Position numbers and translations under genes: made by a program. This document shows, one piece after another, positions 28,966-38,862 of a DNA stretch of 64,000 bases (the stretch's first letter is position 1; each line of letters begins with the position of its first letter). This DNA is from Thermoplasmata archaeon. GTDB taxonomy: Archaea; Thermoplasmatota; SW-10-69-26; JACQPN01; JAJPHT01. The notes under the pieces were generated by a model. The model was not told where the DNA came from. It searched no databases and saw nothing but the letters and a program-made list of their open reading frames with translations. The stretch is from positions 20,742 to 84,741 of the forward strand of contig JAXDQU010000054.1 in assembly GCA_034667685.1 (NCBI GenBank), written 5' to 3'.

Positions 28966-29136
28966 CGCGCGTCGAACTTGGAGGCGCGTCAAAAAGGTGT
29001 GCCCCAAGCCTCCTTGGGGACGCATGGCAATGGTTCACCTAGGTCGCCGGTGCATTCGAGGAGACTTGGAAATAGTGTCTCCAGGCTCTACCCCGACCGG
29101 CCGGGATTAGTCCCGCGAATGCAGGATACGACCACT

Positions 29137-31842
29137 TCAGTCCTGGTTTCCATCTTCAAAGGTCGGCCGAATTCTCGGTAGCCGAATTGCTCCCTGACCC
29201 ATGACCGCCAAATCAACTCCCGAGAGGTTCGCCTTTGAGAAGTCTGCGCCCGCAACATGGGACTCCTTGAATGATGCGCTTGAAAGGTTTGCCTCTCTGA
29301 AAATGACATTGGCGAACCGCCCTCTGTCGAACCTCGCTCCGGAGAGGTTTGCATTTCGGAATGTGGCCCCTTGGCAAACGCTGTCTGTAAGGTCACATTC
29401 TGCCATGTTCGCGTAGTCAAAGCAAGCGAAATTCGCCCCGCAGGAACTGAGTTTGCTTCCTTCAAGGTCGGCCCCATAGAAGTCTTGGATGTGGAGCAGC
29501 GAGCCACTAAGGTCGAGATAGGTCAGGCTTTGCGAGACGATTCCTGGCACCGGCCCCATTCGTTGCCTTCGGACTCGCAGATACCAACCACCAAAGACGT
29601 CCAGCGAATTCAAGTTTAGCGAACTGACCTTTCTCGTCGTCCGGGTACAAGCACTGTGAGCAGCAAGGAGACTCTCTTCGGCATTCCTCGCCTGCCGCTG
29701 TGAGTCCGCGAAAGTAGACGTCCCAGGAACCGATTCCATCGGCAGGCCGCTCCTGATTGTGTGGGCGAGAAGTTTCGCCAGCGCACCCTGCCACCGAAGA
29801 ACCGCTGCTTGATCTCTTAAGGCGATTTCGCGCCTTAGAAAGTCGTTTACGTACTCGTCTATGTTGTTTGGACCACACAACTGCGCCCAATGGACGAGTG
29901 CTTCGCGTTCACCCCACCCGGTGTCCGGATCTTGGGAGCGACGCAACATCTCATCCGTAATCCGCGTAATCCCGCGGACGATACGCCTTGCGGCGAGATA
30001 TTCTCCGAAGCTCTTGTGAGTGAATTCGAACGTCTTTTCTCCATCCGAGGCCGTGCCCGCCTGTCTGAAATAGAACGCGGTGAGTAGCCGAGTTACACCG
30101 GCTCGGGCACCCTCTTGGAATGCGTCGAGCAAGATCTTCAGGCCAGTATTCGAGCAATGTCGTTCAATTTCGCGGACTGTCGTCGTTCTGCTGGCGCCGT
30201 GCCAGGCTGCGATGCCAATTTCTTCAAGGATGCGGACGAAAGAATCGAGACTTACATTGCGGATCGAAAGATGCTGCTCAGCGGCCCAGCCGCGCTCGTA
30301 CACCGCCTCGAGAAGGTCCTGATAGGCGGCGTTCACGTTGTGCTCAATCGAGAAGTCTACCTTGCCTCTTTCATATGAAAGAGCGACGAGATAGTTTAAC
30401 AGGGGTTGGGCAGTGATCTCGTCGAGTTCACGGCTTGCCAAGGCCTTGGGCATCCCATCATATGGTTTGCCTTTCATCCTGCCATAGTTTCGCCACCAGG
30501 CTTGACGTTGATCGACGCTCAGGCGCTTTTCCGGATCATCGAATTCCTCGTATGACGACGGGGGAATCCAATAAGGCAACACAGTAAGAACTTGGCGAGG
30601 ACGCCTAAATTCTGTAATGTTCGATTGAATTACAATTTGCCTCCCCGTAATGAGGACCTGCAGCCTCAATTGTACGCTGTTCTTCCTTGCGAGAGTGCGT
30701 TGGACTTCTCGCACAAATGCACGTGCCGTTTCCTCGGCGACTTTCCCCTGCAGCGCGAGTTCGTCGAGACCGTCGAAAATGATCAAAAGCCGATTGTCGC
30801 CGCCTTCGCGATCCATTGGATTGTGAACAAGGTATGGGTCGTCGCGGACGAAATTCCGGACTGCATCCGAGAGCTCGCCACTTGGATCAAATTGATGGAG
30901 CGGAACGAAAAGAACACGCACCTTCTCAAGTGCTGCAACTCGCGCAGCGAACATCTTTGCGAAGGATGACTTCCCGGCCCCAGGATCTCCGCTGACGATA
31001 CGAAGAGCGTCGTCGACGTCGGCGCTTTCGATCCAACCGAGTAATTCGCGTTCAAGATCGACAACTACTTTGCGTTCCTGTTGAAAGGCAATCGGCGCCG
31101 GATTAGACTCAGTCTTTCGAGGGTAGGAAGCCCGGACGGGAACGTATACCGATTTGAGACTGAAAGCTTCGTCGAATAACGGGGAATCGGTTTGCCGATT
31201 GAGCCACGAGCCATACGCGGCCCAGCCGAGTTCTCTGCGAATCGCGTCCCCAAAGGGCGAATCCAGATACAACAGAAGCTTCGCATAACGATCGGGGTTC
31301 GCTATCCATTCACGATGGAGTTCGACTGCGAAATATGTCGGCAGTCGGCTGGCGATAGCCCACGCGTGCGGCTTGTCGACGCCCGCGTTCTCAAGACATT
31401 CCCTAAAGTACTCTTGTGAACGTTCTACGATTGGCAATTTCAGAGGGTCGCGGAGACTTTTCGAATCTATTGCGAACTCAATGTCGCCGACTCCAATGTC
31501 AAAATCTTCATTGAACTCGACGATTGCATCTGGGTCGAAGAATTCCTTGCTTTCATTGACTAGAGCGCTAACTGCGCGGAACTGAGCTGTGAAGAATAGT
31601 TGGCTCGCTAGAACTTCGGGCTCAGCGTCAGTGCGGACGGCGGTCACAGTGTCAATCACGCTGTTTATCGCCGTTGGCACGTCGCCGGCTTTCGCTGCGA
31701 CGATACACTTGGCAAAACCCTGCACGAGTGCGCTTGGTTTGACGGTAAGTCGGACCTTGGACCGCCGCGTGCTGATTTTCACGCCAACGGGGGTCCCATT
31801 AGCGGACGGCTTTCCGCGCGCCACGGTTACTCTGGACGGCAT
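29137..31842 (-). CDS. NACHT/STAND NTPase with C-terminal pentapeptide repeats (low-GC, foreign)
   Basis: Walker A GDPGAGKS, Walker B LLIIFDGLDE, FEFTHKSFGEYL, A(N/D)LS repeats; GC visibly lower than flanks. Confidence 0.88.
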   Translation of the reverse strand: MPSRVTVARGKPSANGTPVGVKISTRRSKVRLTVKPSALVQGFAKCIVAAKAGDVPTAINSVIDTVTAVRTDAEPEVLASQLFFTAQFRAVSALVNESKEFFDPDAIVEFNEDFDIGVGDIEFAIDSKSLRDPLKLPIVERSQEYFRECLENAGVDKPHAWAIASRLPTYFAVELHREWIANPDRYAKLLLYLDSPFGDAIRRELGWAAYGSWLNRQTDSPLFDEAFSLKSVYVPVRASYPRKTESNPAPIAFQQERKVVVDLERELLGWIESADVDDALRIVSGDPGAGKSSFAKMFAARVAALEKVRVLFVPLHQFDPSGELSDAVRNFVRDDPYLVHNPMDREGGDNRLLIIFDGLDELALQGKVAEETARAFVREVQRTLARKNSVQLRLQVLITGRQIVIQSNITEFRRPRQVLTVLPYWIPPSSYEEFDDPEKRLSVDQRQAWWRNYGRMKGKPYDGMPKALASRELDEITAQPLLNYLVALSYERGKVDFSIEHNVNAAYQDLLEAVYERGWAAEQHLSIRNVSLDSFVRILEEIGIAAWHGASRTTTVREIERHCSNTGLKILLDAFQEGARAGVTRLLTAFYFRQAGTASDGEKTFEFTHKSFGEYLAARRIVRGITRITDEMLRRSQDPDTGWGEREALVHWAQLCGPNNIDEYVNDFLRREIALRDQAAVLRWQGALAKLLAHTIRSGLPMESVPGTSTFADSQRQARNAEESLLAAHSACTRTTRKVSSLNLNSLDVFGGWYLRVRRQRMGPVPGIVSQSLTYLDLSGSLLHIQDFYGADLEGSKLSSCGANFACFDYANMAECDLTDSVCQGATFRNANLSGARFDRGRFANVIFREANLSSASFKESHVAGADFSKANLSGVDLAVMGQGAIRLPRIRPTFEDGNQD

Positions 31843-31922
31843 GGCGCCTTATAGCCTTAAAGGCCCCGAGTAGACCCTTCTCTTGGTCGCCGCTCTTCCC
31901 GCGTGGGAATTTGGAGGCGGAG

Positions 31923-32963
31923 TCAACTCACAGGCTGCGGTAAGCCCGTAACCACGGCCGGCCGCGCCCGTGGCTTCTCGTGATGCCGGCCGGTGAGCAC
32001 CGCGACGTGCAGCCCGTCGCCCACGAGCCCTTCGTGGACGGCCTTGCGCAGGCCGACGAGCGAGGCGGTGCTCGCGGTCATGACGTTGATGCCTTCGAGG
32101 CTGCGCGTGAGCTGGGTGAGGCGGCGCATCTCGGCGTCGCTGGCGTAGGCCGCGTAGCCGTTGGATCGGTAGATGGCGTCGAGCGCGCGCTGGCCGTCGA
32201 AGGAGTGCCAGTTGACGAGCGGCTCGTTGACCGTCGTCTCGCGGATCTCCTCCGGGCGCAGGTCGACGCACTCCTTCAGCCCGGCCTTCCACGACTTGAT
32301 GATGGGGTTGCCGCGCGGCGTCGAGGCGCCGATCATGCGCGGGAGCGCGTGCATGCCGCGCTCGCGGGCGGCCTCGCGGAAGCCCTCGAAGATCGCGGCG
32401 AGCGTCGTGCCGTTGCCCACGGCGACGCTGACCGTGTCGGGCATGCGGCCGAGCTGCTCGACGATCTCGTGCGCGATGCGGCCGTACCCCGCACGCGCGA
32501 TGTCCCACTGCGAGTCGGTGCCCGGGTTCGCGTCGTACCAGCCGTGCTGCACCGCGGCCTCGCGGCTCGCGGCGACGGCGTCCTCGTAGTCGCCCGGCAC
32601 GCGGATGATGCGCGCGCCCAGGCGCTCCATCTCGCCGATGCGCGGCGTGTGGTAGTCCGAGGGGACGAAGACGGTGGGGCGGATGCCGTTGTGGCTGCAC
32701 GCCCAGGCGACCGAGGCGCCGAAGTTGCCGCACGTCGCGACGGTGATCGTGTCGAATCCCTTGGCGTGCGCCTCGTCGTAGACGCGCCGGGCCACGCGGT
32801 CCTTCTGCGTGCCGGTGGGGTTCGAGCCTTCGAACTTCAGGAAGATGCTGCGGACGCCGAGCGTCGCTTCCAGGTTGCGGCCCCGCGAGAAAAGTGTGCC
32901 ACCCGCTTCAGCGAGCATGGGGTCGATCATCCGGGCGGTCGTGCCGCCGCGAATCGGGTCCAT
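31923..32963 (-). CDS. PLP-dependent enzyme, threonine synthase/TrpB-fold family
   Basis: LKFEGSNPTGTQKDR, ATCGNFG, VAVGNGT, VLTG; start could be 32930. Confidence 0.85.
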   Translation of the reverse strand: MDPIRGGTTARMIDPMLAEAGGTLFSRGRNLEATLGVRSIFLKFEGSNPTGTQKDRVARRVYDEAHAKGFDTITVATCGNFGASVAWACSHNGIRPTVFVPSDYHTPRIGEMERLGARIIRVPGDYEDAVAASREAAVQHGWYDANPGTDSQWDIARAGYGRIAHEIVEQLGRMPDTVSVAVGNGTTLAAIFEGFREAARERGMHALPRMIGASTPRGNPIIKSWKAGLKECVDLRPEEIRETTVNEPLVNWHSFDGQRALDAIYRSNGYAAYASDAEMRRLTQLTRSLEGINVMTASTASLVGLRKAVHEGLVGDGLHVAVLTGRHHEKPRARPAVVTGLPQPVS

Positions 32964-33179
32964 CGCATGTCACTATTTGGAGATTTCGAGGTCCGGGCGC
33001 GCGTGGGTCGATGACAGGTGGAACGCCTCGACATCGCCGTGCCTTGTGGCGCACGCTGGCACGACCGGGCCGACCCTAGCCGTCACATTGCCGGTCCAGC
33101 CGCCCCTTCTAAGCCTTCCGTCGTTCCTTTTGGTCCGCCGGCCACAAGCCTAAGAAGCGGGAGAGTCACAGGCTCGTTC

Positions 33180-33506
33180 ATGCCCGATTTCGATGCCCTT
33201 CTCGCTGAGCTCCTGGAGGAGCCCGAGGAGGTCCTGGGCATCCTGTCCGACGTCGTGGAGCGCGGCCGCCTGCAGGCCGACGACCTGCCCGCGGAGTCGG
33301 TCGAGATCCTCTCCGGCTACGACCTCGTCGCCTTCCTCATCACGCGCAAGGCGCGCCGCCCCATGCACACGTGGGTCTACCCCACGCCGCTCGGGCTGCG
33401 CGTCTACGCCACGCTGGAGCGTGAGGCCGAGCGCGTCGCCGCGCTGGAGGCGCAGCCCCAGGTGCGCACCGGCAAGCGGGGCAACCGCACCGGCGTCAGC
33501 CGTTGA
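33180..33506 (+). CDS. Hypothetical protein (winged-helix-like)
   Basis: Host codon usage; YPTPLGLRV pattern; TATA-like TAAGAA upstream. Confidence 0.55.
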   Translation: MPDFDALLAELLEEPEEVLGILSDVVERGRLQADDLPAESVEILSGYDLVAFLITRKARRPMHTWVYPTPLGLRVYATLEREAERVAALEAQPQVRTGKRGNRTGVSR

Positions 33507-33509
33507 ACC

Positions 33510-34391
33510 TCAGCGGTATTCGCCGAGGATCGCGCTGTAGTCCTGTCCCGTCAGGGGCAGGTCCACCAGCGAGTCCACGCCTTCGAGCGCCTTCATCTGG
33601 CTCTCGGGCGTGGGCCGGACCTCCTTGTAGAGCAGGCCGTTGTACAGGTTGCCGTCGAGCACGCGCTGCATCGCCATCTGCTTGCTGCTCGGGTCGTGGC
33701 TGACCTTCTGGCCGTCGATGGTGACCAGCGCGTCGCGGTAGAACTGGTACGTCTGCACCTTGTTGAAGGTCACGCACGGGCTGAAGGTGTTGACCAGCGC
33801 GAAGCCCGGGTGCTCGATGGCGTCCTGGTAGAGCTGCGCCAGCGTCTTCTGGTCGCCCGAGTAGCCCTGCGCGAGGTAGCTGCCGCCCGAGGCCAGGAAG
33901 AGCGCGAGCGGGTTGACCGGCGCCTCGGCGTTGCCGTGCGGCGTGGTCGCGGTGACGAAGCCGAGCTGCGAGGTGGGGCTCACCTGGCCCTTCGTGAGGC
34001 CGTAGATCGAGTTGTCCATCACGATGTACGTGAGGTCGATGTTGCGGCGCGCCGCGTGGACGAAGTGGCCCGCGCCGATGCCGTAGCCGTCGCCGTCGCC
34101 GCCCACCACGATGACCTTCTGCCCCTTGTTGGCGAGCTTCATCGCCTGCGCGGGCGGAAGCGCGCGGCCGTGGAGCGAGTGATAGCTGTACGACTTGATG
34201 TAGCCGCTGAGCTTGCCCGAGCAGCCGATGCCCGACACGACGGTCACTTCGTGGTTCTCGTAGCCCAGCGTCGCGAGGGCGCGCTGGAGCGCCGCGAGGA
34301 CGCCGAAGTCGCCGCAGCCGGGGCACCACCAGGACGCGGTGGTCGTCTGCCAGTCCTTGATCGTCTTCTGCGGGGGCGCCACGGCCGACAT
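33510..34391 (-). CDS. korB: 2-oxoacid:ferredoxin oxidoreductase beta subunit
   Basis: WCPGCG, SGIGCS, HGRA, TPP motif GGDGD...DNSIYGLTKGQ, SPCVT. Confidence 0.93.
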   Translation of the reverse strand: MSAVAPPQKTIKDWQTTTASWWCPGCGDFGVLAALQRALATLGYENHEVTVVSGIGCSGKLSGYIKSYSYHSLHGRALPPAQAMKLANKGQKVIVVGGDGDGYGIGAGHFVHAARRNIDLTYIVMDNSIYGLTKGQVSPTSQLGFVTATTPHGNAEAPVNPLALFLASGGSYLAQGYSGDQKTLAQLYQDAIEHPGFALVNTFSPCVTFNKVQTYQFYRDALVTIDGQKVSHDPSSKQMAMQRVLDGNLYNGLLYKEVRPTPESQMKALEGVDSLVDLPLTGQDYSAILGEYR

Positions 34392-36154
34392 CAGATCTCC
34401 TCCTGGATGCCCTTCGCGATCTCAGACGGGCGGAAGGGCGTGCCGTCGTACTTCACGATCTTGCGAATCTTCTCGTGGCCGCCGACCTCCTTCTGGATGA
34501 GGCCGGCCATCTGGCCGCTGAAGTTGTTCTCGACCACGATCACGGTGTCGCACGAGTCGAGGAAGGCCTTGACCTCCTTGTGCGGGAAGGGCCAGGCGAC
34601 CTTGATCGCCATGCGCTTGACCTTCGCGCCGGTGACGCGGGGGATCGCCTCGTCGCACGCGAGGACGGTCGAGCCCCACGAGATGACGCCGACCTTGGCC
34701 TCCTTGGGACCCACGGTCTCCGTCGCGGGGTAGGAGATGTGCTGCTCGAAGGTGCGCAGCTTCTGCTCGCGCTTCTCCATCATGCGGTTGCGGTTCACCT
34801 TGTTCTCGGTGATGACGCCGCGGTCGTCCTGCTCGGAGCCGGACGCGAGGTAGAGCGTGTTGGGGTAGCCGGGGATCGTCCGCGTGGAGACGCCGTCGGG
34901 CGTGAACTCGAAGCGCTTGTAGGTGTCCGGCGTCATCGCGGCGGCCTGCTCGCGCGTGAGGATCTTGCCGCGCTTCACCGGCACGCGCTTGGTGTCCAGC
35001 GTGTCGAGCGGGCAGTTCGCGATGGCGAGGTCCTGGTCGATGAGGAAGAAGACCGGAAGCTGGTACTCCTCCATCCAGTTGAGCGCGTGCTGCACGAGGT
35101 AGAACGCCTCTTCGACCGTGGTGGGCGAGACGACGATGCGCGGGAAGTCGTCGTGGCCGCCGTAGATGGCGAAGTTGAGGTCCGCCTGCGAGTGCTTCGT
35201 GGGGAGGCCGGTGGACGGGCCGGGACGCATCACGTCCACGACCATGATCGGGTGCTCCGCCTTGCCCGCGAGGCCGATGGCCTCGGTCATCAGCGAGAGG
35301 CCCGGTCCGGACGTCGCGGTGAGCGCGCGCACGCCGGCGTACGAGGCGCCCAGGATCATGTTGATCGCGGAGAGCTCGTCCTCGCTCTGCACGACGACGG
35401 CGTGGTGGTCCTCGCCGTGGTCGATGAACCACTCCATGACGTCGGTGGCGGGCGTGATCGGGTAGCCGGCGACGAAGCGCACGCCGCCCACGAGCGCGCC
35501 GAAGGAGAGCGCGCTGTTGCCGTTGATGACGAGCCGGCGGCCCGTCGCGGGAAGGGGACGGCGTTCGAGCACCCACATCGGGGGCATCGTGAACGTGTCC
35601 TTCACCGTCTGGTAGGCCTGCGCGAGCGCGGCCTTGTTCATGTTGACGACCTTGTCGCCCTTGCGGCCGAAGCGCTCCTGGACGAACTCGTTGAAGACGT
35701 CCAGATCCATGTTGAGCAGCGCGGCGGAGGCGCCCAGCGCCACCATGTTGCGCATGATCTTGCTGCCGTTGGCCTCGGCGAGCTTCGTCATGGGCACGGC
35801 GACGAGGTGCACCTGGTCCTTGTGCTTCGCGTCGAGCTCCGGCGTGAACGCGTCCGAGTCGTAGAGGATGATCGCGTTCCTGGAGATCGTCTCCAGCGTC
35901 GCGTCGATGACCTCCTGGCCCAGCGCCAGGACGATGTCGACGGTGTCGGGGCGCGCGTGGACGGGCTTGTCCGAGATGCGCACCTCGAAGAAGGTCAGGC
36001 CGCCGCGGATGCGGCTGCTGAAGGAGCGGTACGTGTAGAGGTGGAGGCCGTAGCGGGCGACCGCCTTGGCGAAGATGTCGCCCGTGCTGTCGATGCCTTC
36101 GCCCTGCTGGCCGCCGATGCGCCAGCTCACGTTGTTCACGATGGGTTGCGCCAT
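34391..36154 (-). CDS. korA: 2-oxoacid:ferredoxin oxidoreductase alpha subunit (gamma-alpha fusion)
   Basis: GGQQGEG, SRIRGG, YPITPAT, EDE, ATSGPG, RPGPSTGLPT. Confidence 0.93.
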   Translation of the reverse strand: MAQPIVNNVSWRIGGQQGEGIDSTGDIFAKAVARYGLHLYTYRSFSSRIRGGLTFFEVRISDKPVHARPDTVDIVLALGQEVIDATLETISRNAIILYDSDAFTPELDAKHKDQVHLVAVPMTKLAEANGSKIMRNMVALGASAALLNMDLDVFNEFVQERFGRKGDKVVNMNKAALAQAYQTVKDTFTMPPMWVLERRPLPATGRRLVINGNSALSFGALVGGVRFVAGYPITPATDVMEWFIDHGEDHHAVVVQSEDELSAINMILGASYAGVRALTATSGPGLSLMTEAIGLAGKAEHPIMVVDVMRPGPSTGLPTKHSQADLNFAIYGGHDDFPRIVVSPTTVEEAFYLVQHALNWMEEYQLPVFFLIDQDLAIANCPLDTLDTKRVPVKRGKILTREQAAAMTPDTYKRFEFTPDGVSTRTIPGYPNTLYLASGSEQDDRGVITENKVNRNRMMEKREQKLRTFEQHISYPATETVGPKEAKVGVISWGSTVLACDEAIPRVTGAKVKRMAIKVAWPFPHKEVKAFLDSCDTVIVVENNFSGQMAGLIQKEVGGHEKIRKIVKYDGTPFRPSEIAKGIQEEI

Positions 36155-36249
36155 GCTGTGGCTCCCGGCCCCCTGTCATGGCGGAAAGCCAGGGATAAGC
36201 ATTCGGCGGGGGCTTGTGCTTTCGATGGCGGGCCAAGTATATACTCGGC

Positions 36250-36462
36250 TCAGGAGCGCAGGCAGTCCGCCGTGATGGCGTGGACGCCGCCGCCGACCGT
36301 GATCGGGACGTAGACGTTGCAGTCGACCGGCGCGGGCACGTTCGCCTCCTCGTGGCTGCAGTCGGTCCGGGCGCAGCCCCAGACCGTGACGTCGGCCGAC
36401 GCGAGGGGCACGACGAGGAAGGCCGAGAGGACGAGCAGGGTCAGGAGGGCGCGCGAGGCCAT
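36250..36462 (-). CDS. Small secreted Cys-containing protein
   Basis: Signal peptide MASRALLTLLVLSAFLVVPLASA; 4 Cys in a 47-aa mature part. Confidence 0.6.
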   Translation of the reverse strand: MASRALLTLLVLSAFLVVPLASADVTVWGCARTDCSHEEANVPAPVDCNVYVPITVGGGVHAITADCLRS

Positions 36463-36585
36463 GACGATGCCACGCCCGCCCGAAGGGATAACCCGAGGCA
36501 GCCGCGCGGTTGCCTCGGCGCGCGCGGGCGACGATGGCCGGGGAGCGGCGCGCCACGAGACCGCGTTCGGCAAGGCGGGCCGGGC

Positions 36586-37086
36586 TCAACCGGCGTAGTG
36601 CCAACCGGTCTCCGCGTGGGTCAAGGGTCGAGAATCCCTGCGATGCTCCCACGCCACGATCTTCGCGACGACGACGGCGTGGTCGTTCTCGCCCTCGTAG
36701 ACGTGGACGACCTCGCACTCGACGGTGGCGGGCGTGTCGGGGATCACGGGCGCGCCGGTGGCGGCGCCGCGCGCGTAGGGGACGCCGGCCATGTCCTTGT
36801 CGGTCACGACAAGGTCCTTGAAGAAGCGCGAGGCGAGATCCTTCTGCTCCGCGCCCAGGATGTTCAGCGTGAACACGCCCGACTCGCGGATCATCTCCAG
36901 CGAGTGCGCGTCGCGCTTCACGCCGAGGACGAGCATCGGCGGCTTGAACGAGACCTGCGTGACCCACGAGCCGACGAACGCGTTGAGGTCGGTCGCCACG
37001 TCGCGCACCTCGCGCCGGCGCACGCCCACCAGGTAGAGCCCGTAGGGCACCATGCGCAGCGCCTTCTTGCGGGAAGCCTCGTCCAT
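36586..37086 (-). CDS. Flavin reductase family protein
   Basis: ALRMVPYGLY, SWVTQVSFKPP, FTLNIL, ECEV...DH, GWHYAG. Confidence 0.88.
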   Translation of the reverse strand: MDEASRKKALRMVPYGLYLVGVRRREVRDVATDLNAFVGSWVTQVSFKPPMLVLGVKRDAHSLEMIRESGVFTLNILGAEQKDLASRFFKDLVVTDKDMAGVPYARGAATGAPVIPDTPATVECEVVHVYEGENDHAVVVAKIVAWEHRRDSRPLTHAETGWHYAG

Positions 37087-37160
37087 GGCGGCGCGAAGGC
37101 GCGCTCCGCTCAAATGTCTTCGCGGGTCAGGTTCAAGACCGCGGGCGCGCCTGCTCGGGC

Positions 37161-37805
37161 GTGCGATTCCGGCTCGACCCCAAGGACGCGGACGCTCCCG
37201 TGCCGCCGCCGCTGCGGGCTGCCGTCCCGGCGCAGACCGCCGCTGCGCCGGTCGCCGCCCCCGCCCCGACGCCTTCGCGCTGGACGAAGAAGCGCCTCCT
37301 CGTGGTCGCGGCCATCGCGCTGCTCCTCCTGGGTGGCGGCGCGACCGCGGTCCTCTACGCGACCGACTCGGGGCCGTTCGCCTATCCGCACGCGTACCTG
37401 CTGGAGGGCTCCAGCGTGCCCCGGGGACTGAGCCTGCCCGACGTGCCGCAAGACGTGCGGGACGAGTGGGGCATCACCACGAACCCCGGGCAGGTCCCCG
37501 ACGACAAGCTCGGCCAGTTCGAGGGCACGACGCGGCCCACCGACGCCTGGATCGAGGTGCTCCAGGCCGGCGGGCGCTCGGACGCGGTGAGCGTGGCCGC
37601 GCTGCGCTTCAGCGACGAGGACCACGCGAACACCTTCATCTCGCAGGTCTCGCTGCGCTGCGCGGCGGGCGGCTTCGCGATCCTCCAGGACGGCCGGGTC
37701 GTCGACCTCGTCATCGTGGGCGACAGCCAGGCGATGCCGTACTACAACGCGATCGTCAGCGCCCTCCACGCGCAGGCGAGCGGGCTGCACGGCCTCTGCG
37801 GCTAG
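37161..37805 (+). CDS. Membrane-anchored hypothetical protein
   Basis: Pro/Ala linker, single TM, globular C-terminal domain. Confidence 0.65.
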   Translation: MRFRLDPKDADAPVPPPLRAAVPAQTAAAPVAAPAPTPSRWTKKRLLVVAAIALLLLGGGATAVLYATDSGPFAYPHAYLLEGSSVPRGLSLPDVPQDVRDEWGITTNPGQVPDDKLGQFEGTTRPTDAWIEVLQAGGRSDAVSVAALRFSDEDHANTFISQVSLRCAAGGFAILQDGRVVDLVIVGDSQAMPYYNAIVSALHAQASGLHGLCG

Positions 37806-38797
37806 GTCTCGTCGGCCTGCGCGCCCTCGCCGATCCAGGCTTGCAGCGTGCGGCCCACGGCCTCCAGGCTCGCGGCGCTCACGTGCGACATGTCGTCGTG
37901 CTGCGTGTGGTGCCACTCGGGGAACGCCTTGGGGTTCGGCACGAGGTGGATCAGGTCGACCGCGCGGATGCCCTCCTCGACGAAGGGCTCGTGGTCGTCC
38001 TCAATGCTCCACGTGGCGCCCGCGCGGGTCTCGTTGCTGAACTGGCGATAGCCGAGGCCGCCCGCGATGCCGTAGATGCGGTCCTGGACGGGCCGGCCCA
38101 GCCCCTGATAGCTCGACAGCTCGCGCGGCATCGTGAGGTTCGGGTCGCCCACGAGGTCCACGAGCACCATCGCCTTCGCGGCGTCGCGCTCGGCGGCGCT
38201 CAGGTTCTGCGCGTAGTGGCGCGAGCCCATCAGCCAGTCCGTGCCGCAGGCATTGGGCATGTCGCCCCCGTCCTCCGCGTCGAAGAAGACGAGACGCACA
38301 GTATCGGGCGTGCGGTTGAGCACCTTTGCCAATTCCAGGAGAACGCCCACGCCGCTGCCGCCGTCGTTCGCGCCGGGGATCGGCAGCGTCCGGTTGATCG
38401 GGTCCGCGTCGCTCTCCGCGATCGGCCGCGTGTCGTAGTGCGCGCCCAGGATCACGAGCTTGCCGCTGGCGCCCGCGCGCTCCGCGACGACGTTGTGAAG
38501 CTGCACGTCCCGGCATGCGTAGCTGGCGTTCCAGCGGTCCCAGGTGACGTTCCAGCCGGCGCCCGCGAGCGCGTCGGCGATGAGCTGCGCCGCCTCGTCG
38601 TTGCCCGCGGTCCCGGGCACGCGGTGGCGCACGCTGCCGTCGGGCGCGAGGACCTGCCGCTCCACGTCGTGGTACGCGGCCTGGCCGTCGAAGGGCGAGC
38701 CCGCGGGCGGCGGCACGATCCCGTCGTCGGGGCGCCCGGGCGGAGACGAGCAGCCCGCCAGCAGGACCGCGAGAAGAAGCCACGTCCAGGCGCGCAC
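37802..38797 (-). CDS. M28 family peptidase / glutaminyl cyclase-like lipoprotein
   Basis: Lipobox LAGC; GAHYD, GANDGGSG, FDAED, DDHEPF, WHHTQHD. Confidence 0.85.
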   Translation of the reverse strand: MRAWTWLLLAVLLAGCSSPPGRPDDGIVPPPAGSPFDGQAAYHDVERQVLAPDGSVRHRVPGTAGNDEAAQLIADALAGAGWNVTWDRWNASYACRDVQLHNVVAERAGASGKLVILGAHYDTRPIAESDADPINRTLPIPGANDGGSGVGVLLELAKVLNRTPDTVRLVFFDAEDGGDMPNACGTDWLMGSRHYAQNLSAAERDAAKAMVLVDLVGDPNLTMPRELSSYQGLGRPVQDRIYGIAGGLGYRQFSNETRAGATWSIEDDHEPFVEEGIRAVDLIHLVPNPKAFPEWHHTQHDDMSHVSAASLEAVGRTLQAWIGEGAQADET

Positions 38798-38862
38798 GCA
38801 CGGCAAAGCGCGAACTCCCCCATGAAGCACGTGGATGCCGCGTCGAAGAACGCGCGGATGGA

